Positions 27,641 through 37,691 of a stretch of 64,000 nt of DNA are shown here, in pieces. The position numbers and the translations under genes are program-made. Every line of letters starts with the position of its first letter. Within the stretch, counting starts at the first letter, position 1. Location: the NCBI GenBank assembly GCA_047601445.1, contig JASGJH010000001.1, positions 7,904,001 through 7,968,000 of the forward strand. Direction: 5' to 3'. Origin of the DNA: Myxococcales bacterium. GTDB taxonomy: Bacteria > Myxococcota_A > Polyangia > Polyangiales > DASUME01. The notes under the pieces were generated by a model. That model was not told where the DNA came from and did not search any database. It saw only the letters and a list, made by a program, of their open reading frames with translations.

Positions 27641-30600
27641 ATGACGCGTTCGATGCGATTGGCAGTTCTTTCTTTATTCGTCGTCACCGGGTGTTCGCTC
27701 GCTACGGATTTCGATCGCTTTCACATCGGCGATCAGAAAGGCAACGTCGACGCTGGCGGCGATAAGCAAGACGGCGGAGGCGACGGGGATCACCAGCCTC
27801 CTCAAGACTCCGGCATGGATAGCGGCGACGTGCCGTTGGTCGACGGAGAGATTCGCGTGCAGCTCGCCGACGGCGCGCTCGGCACGGTGACCTCCGAGCC
27901 GGCAGGCATCGACTGCGCGGGCGATTGCTCCGAGGTTTACACGGAGGGTACCGAGGTGGTGCTGACGGCCCATCCGGACGCCACCGGCGCGTTCGTGGGC
28001 TGGGGCGGGGCGTGCGAAGGACAGAAGGGACTCACCTGCACATTGGTTGCAGGGGATCCACTGATCGTGACCGCGGCCTTCACCGCGGACTGGTTCGACG
28101 TGACCGTGTCTCGCTTGGGCGGTGGCTCGGGCGCCGTGGAGAGCGAAGACGAGATGCTGCGCTGCGACGGCGCTCCTGACGAGATCTGCGTGGTTCGCTA
28201 TCCGCATGGAGCGATCATTTCGCTCACGGCCACGCCGAGCCCCGACGGCTCTAGCTTCTCCGGTTGGGGAGGCTCTTGCGCCGGTGAGGGCGCGTGCTCC
28301 CTCGAGATGACCGGCGACAAGGTCATCAACGCCGTGTTCGACGCCAACGGGCAGGTCTCTTTGATCGTGTCGAAGGCGGGCAATGGCGGTGGTGTCGTGA
28401 CGTCGGACGATGTCACGAATGGCACCCCCAACGTGAACTGCGGCATTCAGTGCGCAGCGAGCTACGTGGCCACGGACAACAAGGTGGTGACGCTGAGCGC
28501 GCAGGCGGACGGCAGCTCGGACTTCGTCAAGTTCGACGGAGATTGTGTGCCCCAGCCAGTGGTCGCCGGTCAGCCTCCCAAGTGTGTGGCGACGATGAGC
28601 GCCGTGCGCCATGTCACCGCGACGTTCGCGCTGAAGAAGCACACGTTCTCCTTGGCATGGAGCGGCGACGGCGAGGGCTCGGTGCACATGACGAGCCCCA
28701 AGGACCTTACCTGTACCAAGCCAGACGCCTGCTCCGATAGCTTCGACCACAACACGATGCTGCATCTGGAGGCCCTCCCGGCCGAGGGCTCTACGTTCAA
28801 GCAGTGGTCGCTCGGCACCTGTGGCACCAACACCACCTGCGAATTCCCGATCGTGGCCAACGCCACGGTGTTCGCCACCTTCGAGGTCAACGAGTTCAAC
28901 TTCAACGCGGGCAGCACCGGCTCGGGCACCACCGTGTGCACCGTGGACGGCAAGAACAGTCCGTGTCCTTCGCCGGGTACCTACAAGTTCGGCACCCAGG
29001 TGATCGTCAATGCGGCTCCCGCGCCGGGCAACCAGCTCGACTCGTGGCAGGGGGATTGCGCAGGCCAACCCGCCAGCGGCCCCTGCACCCTGACCGTCAC
29101 CAAGGACACCTCGGTGGTCGCTGCGTTCAAGAAGAAGAGCTACCAGGTCACCGTGAAGTTCGGCAATACCGGCGGTCACGGCTCCGTAAGCGGTGATGTC
29201 AGCTGCAACGATCAGCAGGGAACCTGTTCGATCTCCGTGCAGCACGGCGATGGCTTCGACATCAGCGCGATGGCGGCCAACGACAGCGACTTCGTGGCCT
29301 TTACGGGCGACTGCAACGGCGACACCTGCTCGGTCGCTTCGGTCCAGGAGAACCTCTCCATCACCGTCAGCTTCTCGCTCAAGGCCGCCCAGACCAAGAC
29401 CCTGGTCGTGGCCAAGTCCGACGGCGGCACGGTCACCAGCAGTCCTGGCGGCATTTCGTGCGGCGCCACCTGCGTGACCAGCTTCACGGTGGACACGGAC
29501 GTGGTGCTCACGGGCACGCCTGCCACCGGCTACGGCGCAGCCCAGTTCAGTGGCGACTGTAGTGGTACGGGCACCTGCAACCTCAAGATGAGCGACGCCA
29601 AGAGCGTCAACGTGAACTTCCCGCCGCTCAACTTCGCCCTGAACGCGTCGGTGACCGGCCCCGGTTCGCTCAGCTTTGCGGCCCAGACCGGCCTCAACTG
29701 CAACGATACCAATCCCGACGGCCCCGACTGCAGCGAGAGCTTGCCCTTCGGCAGCAAGATCACCGTGCGCGCCACGCCCGGGCAGTACGGCATCTTCTCC
29801 GGCTGGACGGGAGCCTGCCAGGGCGTGCTGAGCACGGATTGCGAGGTCACCATCGGCCAGAGCAACACCGTCGGCGCCACCTTCACGACCAAGCAGTTCA
29901 ATCTCAGCGTCAAGCTGGCCGGCGAGGGCCTGAGCCCGGGCAAGCTCGTCACCGGCAACGGCGTTTCCTGCGGCATGTCGGGCGACAACTGCAGTGTCAC
30001 GTTACCAGCGCTTACAGGCATCAGCCTGGCGACCGCCTCGGCACCCTGGGCCTCGGTCACCAACGCGAGCACCGATCAGGTCGGTGTGGCCTGCGGCGGA
30101 GCTCCCAGCGCATGCTCTTTCCAGCTCAAGGGCGACACGGTGGTCACCTTCGAGTACACGCCCAAGGCCGCGCTGGTCTTCGTGACCTCCGGCGTGTTCT
30201 CCGCGGTGTTCGCGAGCGATCCCGACGATCCCACGCCGGGTGTTCAAAAGGCCGACGACCAGTGCACCGCCCTGGCGGGCACCGTGGCGGGTCTCCAGGG
30301 CCGCTGGGTCGCGTGGCTCTCCGATGGCAAGGGTGGCGTCGGGGGCCGCATGAAGCGGATGCAGCCCGGCACGCCCGTGATGAACCTCAACGGCGAATAC
30401 GTCATGGCCAAGGGTTACGAAGCCGTGACGTTCGGCGCCGTGCTCGACAAACCCATCATGGTCACCGAGTCGGGGAGCACGCTCAGGCCGCCAGCGGACG
30501 GAACCATCATTCCTGTCTGGACCGGTACCCTGCGCAGTGGTCAAACGCTGCCGGACGACAAGGACTGGTGCGCCAACTGGACCTCGGCCACTGGCTATCT

Positions 30601-30787
30601 GAAGTACGGTATCGGCGACGCCTACGACGGCTTTGACGGCAAGTATTTCAAGTCCAAGGCCTGGACCCACAACGAGAGCTACGACGATAGCTCGGTGCCC
30701 GTGCCGTTTATCGCGCTCCCCCCGCCGAGTCCCTGCGGCGGCTCGGCGCACCTGTACTGCTTCCGCGATTGGTCTCCCAAGAACTAA
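27641..30787 (+). CDS. Large Cys-rich surface lipoprotein: about nine InlB-B-like repeats plus C-terminal endostatin/DUF1554-like domain
   Basis: Lipobox VTGC; ~80-aa repeats G.VTS...C...C...V.LTA.P...F.GW.G.C...C...V.A.F; C-terminal ADDQC..WVAWLS..VWTG..CANWTS..HLYCF. Confidence 0.85.
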   Translation: MTRSMRLAVLSLFVVTGCSLATDFDRFHIGDQKGNVDAGGDKQDGGGDGDHQPPQDSGMDSGDVPLVDGEIRVQLADGALGTVTSEPAGIDCAGDCSEVYTEGTEVVLTAHPDATGAFVGWGGACEGQKGLTCTLVAGDPLIVTAAFTADWFDVTVSRLGGGSGAVESEDEMLRCDGAPDEICVVRYPHGAIISLTATPSPDGSSFSGWGGSCAGEGACSLEMTGDKVINAVFDANGQVSLIVSKAGNGGGVVTSDDVTNGTPNVNCGIQCAASYVATDNKVVTLSAQADGSSDFVKFDGDCVPQPVVAGQPPKCVATMSAVRHVTATFALKKHTFSLAWSGDGEGSVHMTSPKDLTCTKPDACSDSFDHNTMLHLEALPAEGSTFKQWSLGTCGTNTTCEFPIVANATVFATFEVNEFNFNAGSTGSGTTVCTVDGKNSPCPSPGTYKFGTQVIVNAAPAPGNQLDSWQGDCAGQPASGPCTLTVTKDTSVVAAFKKKSYQVTVKFGNTGGHGSVSGDVSCNDQQGTCSISVQHGDGFDISAMAANDSDFVAFTGDCNGDTCSVASVQENLSITVSFSLKAAQTKTLVVAKSDGGTVTSSPGGISCGATCVTSFTVDTDVVLTGTPATGYGAAQFSGDCSGTGTCNLKMSDAKSVNVNFPPLNFALNASVTGPGSLSFAAQTGLNCNDTNPDGPDCSESLPFGSKITVRATPGQYGIFSGWTGACQGVLSTDCEVTIGQSNTVGATFTTKQFNLSVKLAGEGLSPGKLVTGNGVSCGMSGDNCSVTLPALTGISLATASAPWASVTNASTDQVGVACGGAPSACSFQLKGDTVVTFEYTPKAALVFVTSGVFSAVFASDPDDPTPGVQKADDQCTALAGTVAGLQGRWVAWLSDGKGGVGGRMKRMQPGTPVMNLNGEYVMAKGYEAVTFGAVLDKPIMVTESGSTLRPPADGTIIPVWTGTLRSGQTLPDDKDWCANWTSATGYLKYGIGDAYDGFDGKYFKSKAWTHNESYDDSSVPVPFIALPPPSPCGGSAHLYCFRDWSPKN

Positions 30788-31215
30788 CTACGGGAGCCCG
30801 CGAGGCTGGGCGCGGCCGGCTTTCGATACTGCGCCGCCCACCAAATCAGCGCGAGCTGCAGGGGTAAACGCAGCCACAGCGCGATCGCCGGTGGGTGGGG
30901 CAGGTCGGGGGACAGCCCCGCGATCTCGAGGTCCGGGTGCAGGGCCATGTTGACGTTGGCCGGGAAGACCGCGATGAAGAGCGCGATCAACCCCCAGGCC
31001 GCGAGCACCCGCGTGCGCTCGAAGAGTAAGGCGACGCCGAGGCCCGCTTCGAAGACCCCTGACAAGTAGACCAGCGGCAAGTGCCACGGCAGGTAGTCAG
31101 GCATGATGGAGGCAAAGGTCTCCCCGTGAGTGAAGTGGAGGATGCCCATCATGACCATGATGCCCGCCAAGATCTTGCGGGGTAGGGTCGGTGACGGGCT
31201 GAGTGTTTCGTTCAT
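30784..31215 (-). CDS. DoxX-like membrane protein
   Basis: GILHF..IMPDYLP..LVYLSGVFE..IAVFPANVNMA..LRLPLQ. Confidence 0.8.
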   Translation of the reverse strand: MNETLSPSPTLPRKILAGIMVMMGILHFTHGETFASIMPDYLPWHLPLVYLSGVFEAGLGVALLFERTRVLAAWGLIALFIAVFPANVNMALHPDLEIAGLSPDLPHPPAIALWLRLPLQLALIWWAAQYRKPAAPSLAGSRS

Positions 31216-31474
31216 GTGACGGATCCTCTGCTGAAGGAAAGACGGATTGCGGTGCGTGTACGTATGACCGGGCCGCGGAGATCACTTCGAGGAAGCCTAA
31301 ATCACTCGCAGCCGTAGACTCGCGTCAGGGCACTGACGCCTGGCTCGCTGTACACCGGTGCACCTATGGTGGAGGGCCGGGTAGGGCGTGATGGTCGTCG
31401 TGGAACGCGCATTGGCGCGTGCTCAAAACGCTGACGACCGGCGAGAGCGGCTGTTACACTCGGGCGGGGGAATC

Positions 31475-32984
<1,510 letters not shown>

Positions 32985-32995
<11 letters not shown>

Positions 32996-34040
32996 TCCTG
33001 TGAGCGCTCGCTGCGCACGCATGCTCCGTTTCCTGCTCCTCTGTTTGCTCGTCCTCGTCAGTTTTCCCGGTGGTGTCGGCGCCCAGGCCAAGGACGAAGC
33101 CGCCTACAAGGAGCTCATCGATCAAGCGCTGACCGAGTTCAAGCTCAAGAACTGGCCCGAAGCGCGCGTGCTCTTCCGGCGCGCCCACGAGCTCAACCCG
33201 AACGCACGCACCTTGCGCGGGCTCGGCGTGGTCTCCTTCGAGATGCGCGACTACCAGCAAGCGGTGCAGCACCTGAGCTACGCCCTGGTGGACACGCGCC
33301 AGCCCCTCACGGACGCCCAGCGCTCGGAGTGCGAGGGGCTCCTGGGCCGTGCGCGGACCTTCGTTGGAAGCTATTCGCTCCACCTCACGCCCGCGACCGC
33401 GCTGGCCACGCTCGATGGAGCCCCGCTGGTGCGCGATCATGACGGCCTCGTGCTGGTGCCCTTCGGCGACCACACGCTCAAGGCCAGCGCGGACAGGTTC
33501 CAGGACGGCACCGTCCGCATTCAGGTCCAGGGTGGAGAGCGCAGCGATCTCAACTTGGCTCTGGCGGCCGTCGGCGAGGCGCCCGTGCCGGTGGCCGTGG
33601 TGGCCGCGGCGCCGATGAACCCGGAGCCGATGACTTCGGGCTCTGCGACGGCGGTCACGTCCGGGCCGCAGCCCCAGCCGGTCGAAGCGCCGGCGGAGCG
33701 CAGTTTTCGCGGCGGAGGGCTCCGCTATAGCTATGTCGCCATGGGTGCAGGCCTGGTCTTTGGCGGCGCCGCGGTGGCTTTCTGGTACCTCGGGCAGAAC
33801 AAGCTCGACGACCTCAGTGCGCGCTGCGAAAGGCAGGCTGCCAGTGGGAGCCCGTGTCAGCGAGGCGATACCAACACCGACAGCGTGAAGACCTACGAGA
33901 AGCTCACGAACGCCTCGTTGGGGCTGGCCGTGGCGGGGGCCGTGGCTACGGGCGTGCTCGTGGCGCTCGAGTGGCCACGGGAGAAGAACCTCTCAGTGAA
34001 TGTCGGACTGCAAAGTGTGTCCTTGCGAGGAAGCTTCTGA
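32985..34040 (+). CDS. TPR + PEGA-like domain exported protein
   Basis: Signal peptide, TPR (EARVLFRRAHELNP..LRGLG), PEGA-like LDG..VPFGDHTLKAS; overlaps the kinase stop. Alternative start at 33021. Confidence 0.75.
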
Positions 34041-34044
34041 AGCC

Positions 34045-35328
34045 ATGACGCGTCGCGCTTCTCCTCAACCTGCGTTTCTCTGCTCGCGCGCCCAAGGGCG
34101 CTCGTTTCTCTGCTCGCGCGCCCAAGGGCGCTCGTTTCTCTGCTCGCGCGCCCAAGGGCGCTCGTTTCTCTGCTCGCGCGCCCAAGGGCGCTCGTTTCTC
34201 TGCTCGCGCGCCCAAGGGCGCGCTTCGACGCTCGCGGCGGCGCTCGTCGCGAGCTCCGTCCTCGGTGGCTGTCGCTACGACCTCGACAAGCTCTTCGAGG
34301 GACAGGTGCTCGACGGCGGACCCGACTTGCCGGTGCCCGACCAGCTCATCGAGTTCTGGAAGGACAAGCCCTTCAGCCTCTACAGCGACGCCTGTGCCGC
34401 CTGTGCCACCGCCCAGTGCGGCGCGGCGAACGCAGCCTGCAAGGCCGACCCCGAGTGCGTCGAGTTCACGCGCTGCATCGCCGCGAGCACGGACCCCGGA
34501 ACGCAGTCGGCCTGCCGCGCTCAGTTCGCCCCCTGGCTCAGCGAGGACGTGGTCGGTCGTGATCTCGGCGGTCCTTACCAGCAGTGCGTCATGCAGGATC
34601 AATGCAGCGAGCAATGCGGTGCGCGCACCAATTTCGAGTGCGTGGGCAAATACACCTGGCCCACCACCAACGACACGGTCGTGCCCTTCCGCTTTCGCTT
34701 CAGCGAGGCTTTCACGCAGGAAGTCGTCACGGACATGGAGGTCAAGGTTTGTCGCGCCGACGACCTCTACTGTGAGTCGCCCATCGACGTGCAACACACG
34801 GACGCGAGCGGCGAGGTCGCGCTCGGATTGCGCACCTCCTTCCGCACCTTCCAGGGCTATCTCGAACTCAACAAGCAGACCGGCGACGCCAACAAGTCCA
34901 TCTATCCTTCACTGGTGCGGCTGGGCTGGCCGATCAGCGAGGAAGGCGTCACCAACGTCAACGTGATCAACGAGGCCTCGGTGGCGCTCAACGTGGCCAT
35001 TTCGATGGTCGACCCGGACCCCATGCGCGGCCTTCTGCAGGTGCGCTTTCAGTCCTGCTCGGGGTTGGCGGCGCCCGGCGTCTCCTTCACCACCAACCCC
35101 ACCGACGCGGCCTCCGCGTACTGGTACGCGGGTCCCGATGGCATCCCGAATTTCAAGGAAACCAAGAGCTACAACATCGGTGCAGGCGGCGTGATCAACG
35201 CCATCGAAGGTCGCCACATCATCACGGCGACCCGCGCGTCGGACGGCATCAAGCTATCCGAGACCGCGGCACCCGTGCGCAAGGGCTACATGACCATCGT
35301 GCTCATCTCGCCGATGGGCACCAACTGA
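34045..35328 (+). CDS. Cys-rich lipoprotein of unknown function, with VNTR-extended signal peptide
   Basis: Lipobox LGGC after (FLCSRAQGRS)n; Cys-rich helical region followed by a beta-rich domain. Confidence 0.75.
   Translation: MTRRASPQPAFLCSRAQGRSFLCSRAQGRSFLCSRAQGRSFLCSRAQGRSFLCSRAQGRASTLAAALVASSVLGGCRYDLDKLFEGQVLDGGPDLPVPDQLIEFWKDKPFSLYSDACAACATAQCGAANAACKADPECVEFTRCIAASTDPGTQSACRAQFAPWLSEDVVGRDLGGPYQQCVMQDQCSEQCGARTNFECVGKYTWPTTNDTVVPFRFRFSEAFTQEVVTDMEVKVCRADDLYCESPIDVQHTDASGEVALGLRTSFRTFQGYLELNKQTGDANKSIYPSLVRLGWPISEEGVTNVNVINEASVALNVAISMVDPDPMRGLLQVRFQSCSGLAAPGVSFTTNPTDAASAYWYAGPDGIPNFKETKSYNIGAGGVINAIEGRHIITATRASDGIKLSETAAPVRKGYMTIVLISPMGTN
34073..34221. repeat. Perfect 30-bp tandem repeat, ~5 copies
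   Basis: CGTTTCTCTGCTCGCGCGCCCAAGGGCGCT x4 plus a 29-bp fifth copy; no spacers. Confidence 0.97.
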
Positions 35329-35635
35329 CGCCGAGCCCTTTGCAGGCGAGCTCACCACGACCGGGAGCCCAGCGAGTCGCCGTCGAGCGTGAAGCCAGCG
35401 TCTGAAGCCGGGCGCTCGAGGCCCGAGCCATCGCTCAAGTGACCGAATATATGCGCTCTTTTCCGGATGCGACACGGGCCGGAGAATGACCGCGCGTGGT
35501 GCCGCGTCGTGGTCCCTGGGAAGAGGGGCCGCGGCACCGCGTGTTGCCCTCGAGAAGGTCCTCCCGCACGGGCTCCCGTGCCTGCCCGCGCGCAAATCTG
35601 GAGTCTCGTGGGGATTGGCGTAAGGTGGCCAGCAA

Positions 35636-36478
35636 ATGCGAAAGAGCGCGATTTTTTCGACGTTGGTCCTGGTCCTAGGGGCTCCTTCGCTGGGGCTCGG
35701 CCAGGTGGGCGAGCACGGACGCATCAGCACCCGTTCGGACGTGAAGATGTCCATCGAGGGCGCACCTGGCACGAGCGGTCCCAAGCTCGACGCCATGGCG
35801 AAGCACCTGGGGACCCCGCTGGGCGAGGTCAAGCGCTGCTACGCGGACGTCGTGAAGGAGCACCCGGACGTGGTGGGCACGCTGCACGTCACGCTCGAGC
35901 TGCGCGAAGGCAAGGGCGCCCCCGCAGTGCAGGTACCGGACGCGGTGGGCAAGCTGAAGCCGATGGACAAGTGCATCGACAAAGCCTTCGGCAAGCTCGA
36001 CATGTCCGAGGTGCCGAGACCGGCTGCGGCCAAGGTGATCTTGGAGCTCACCAACAGTGCCGCCCACGCGGTGGAGGACGTGCGCGCCAAGGGCGATGAA
36101 GCTTCACGCGTGGACGTGACCACCAACCCCGATGGCAGCTTCGAAGCCAAGGGACAGAGCCTCGAGGGCGAAGTCAGCTACCGCGTACGCTCGAAGGACA
36201 AAGAAGGCGCCAAGCTCGTGGAGGCCGTGTCCAAGAAGATCCGCGATTCACTGCCGGGGCTGTTCGATTGTCGCCGGCGTGCCAGCAAGAAGGACTCGCC
36301 CGAGGGAGATCTGGTGTTCAAGGCCAAGTTGAGCCCGAGCGCTCCCGCTACCGTCGACTTCGTGTCGACCACCGTCAAGAACGAGCGCGCTCCCTTCTGC
36401 TCCACGAATGCGATCAAGCCCGCGTTGGCGAAGGTTGGCCGGGGCACCGCCGAGATCACCATTCACTTCGCGCCCTGA
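35636..36478 (+). CDS. Exported protein with two AgmX/PglI-C (TonB_C-like) domains
   Basis: Signal peptide; VKRCYADVVKEHPDVVGTLHVTLEL..KCI and LFDCRRRA..PEGDLVFKAKL..FC. Confidence 0.6.
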   Translation: MRKSAIFSTLVLVLGAPSLGLGQVGEHGRISTRSDVKMSIEGAPGTSGPKLDAMAKHLGTPLGEVKRCYADVVKEHPDVVGTLHVTLELREGKGAPAVQVPDAVGKLKPMDKCIDKAFGKLDMSEVPRPAAAKVILELTNSAAHAVEDVRAKGDEASRVDVTTNPDGSFEAKGQSLEGEVSYRVRSKDKEGAKLVEAVSKKIRDSLPGLFDCRRRASKKDSPEGDLVFKAKLSPSAPATVDFVSTTVKNERAPFCSTNAIKPALAKVGRGTAEITIHFAP

Positions 36479-36502
36479 CCCGCCTGAGCGCGCCGCCGCA
36501 GC

Positions 36503-37291
36503 TCAACCGAAGATGAGCATGCTCTGGCTGCCGAGCGCGAGCGGGATGCCGCCCGGGCCCCACACCATCACGGACTGGCTCGTGTAGCCGTCACGTGCCG
36601 CCAGCAGCGACACGTCGAGGCGGAAGCCCGTGATCGGCAGCTGGTGGAAGCCGTCCGCGAGGAACTCGAGCATCCAGGTCAAGGTGCTGCCGGGAGAGGG
36701 CGTCTTCAGGTAGGTGAGCCCAATCGGCGCCGGGAAGTCTGCCGCCGCGATCACCATGGCCTCGCTGGCGGGCCCGCTGTCCTTGAAGGCGAGCTCGTAG
36801 ACGGCCTCGCGGGTCTCGATGCCCGCGAAGGGCACGCTGCCGCGCAAGAGGCGGGCCTCGAAGTGCTGCAGGAAGTTGGGCACGACGCCGGGTAGAAATG
36901 GCAGCGGCAGCGCCCGCTCCGTGCTCACGGGTGGCTGCTCGGGGGTCACGCGTACCACCGAGCTGCGGGCCTCCCCGAACACGCCGATCAGGCTCGCGCA
37001 GAGCGTGCCCCGCTCGAAGATGCGTGCTTCCACGTGCGTCGCGCTCTTGCCGGTGCGCAGCACCTGGGCGCTGATCTCGAGCTCACCCGCGATGGGCGCG
37101 ATGAAGGTCGCCTGCAGCGTGCGCAACGGGACGCTGGAAGGTACCAGTGCGCGCATGGCCTGCGCCGCGAAGGCAGCCTGCAAGCCCCCGAAGACGCTGC
37201 GACCTTGAGACCAGTCTGCGGGCACGCTCACGCGGAGCATGGGCCCATCGACGACGGCACTCGCCAGCAGCGCGGACAGGGGCGTGCTCAT
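36503..37291 (-). CDS. TesB-like acyl-CoA thioesterase (double hotdog)
   Basis: WSQGRSVFGG, VLRTGKS, AADFP, STLTW. Confidence 0.85.
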   Translation of the reverse strand: MSTPLSALLASAVVDGPMLRVSVPADWSQGRSVFGGLQAAFAAQAMRALVPSSVPLRTLQATFIAPIAGELEISAQVLRTGKSATHVEARIFERGTLCASLIGVFGEARSSVVRVTPEQPPVSTERALPLPFLPGVVPNFLQHFEARLLRGSVPFAGIETREAVYELAFKDSGPASEAMVIAAADFPAPIGLTYLKTPSPGSTLTWMLEFLADGFHQLPITGFRLDVSLLAARDGYTSQSVMVWGPGGIPLALGSQSMLIFG

Positions 37292-37299
37292 GACCTACC

Positions 37300-37623
37300 T
37301 CAGTGCCAGGCGGCGGCCTTCTTGATCGGCGTGTTGGTGCGGTCGTGCTCTTCCACGAGCGCCTTGGCCTTGTCGTAGCAACCCACGCAATGCGCGAAGT
37401 CGCTGCCGTGCTCGCAGCGGATGAAGTTGGCGCCGTCGGGCTCACCGAACATCTCGGCATCGAGGTGCTTGCCGCACGCGATGCAGTGGATGTGTTGGTG
37501 CTGGTGCTGATGCTGCTGCGGCGCACGTGCGGGTTGAGCCGCGCGTGCACTCCGTGCGGCGCCCGAGGGGTCGCCTTCAGACAGCTTGCGTTCCTTTTTG
37601 GTCAGTCTTTTTTCGCGCTTCAT
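37300..37623 (-). CDS. Small hypothetical protein, putative Zn-binding
   Basis: Basic N-terminus, QHQHQH, HCIACGKH..CEH..HCVGC; a GAGG RBS couples it to the thioesterase. Confidence 0.65.
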   Translation of the reverse strand: MKREKRLTKKERKLSEGDPSGAARSARAAQPARAPQQHQHQHQHIHCIACGKHLDAEMFGEPDGANFIRCEHGSDFAHCVGCYDKAKALVEEHDRTNTPIKKAAAWH

Positions 37624-37691
37624 AGGAGCTCCGAGGGGCCGTGTTGTGTCATGGAGTGCGGCACCCCGCTAGGTTCCGCTATGCTAGGCCG

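Noticed and set aside
30170..30787. Diversity-generating retroelement target (lectin-like C-terminus)
   Set aside because: No reverse transcriptase and no template/variable repeat pair seen in the window.
34073..34221. CRISPR array (30-bp palindromic repeat)
   Set aside because: Units are directly adjacent with no spacers, are in frame within a CDS, and there are no cas genes.
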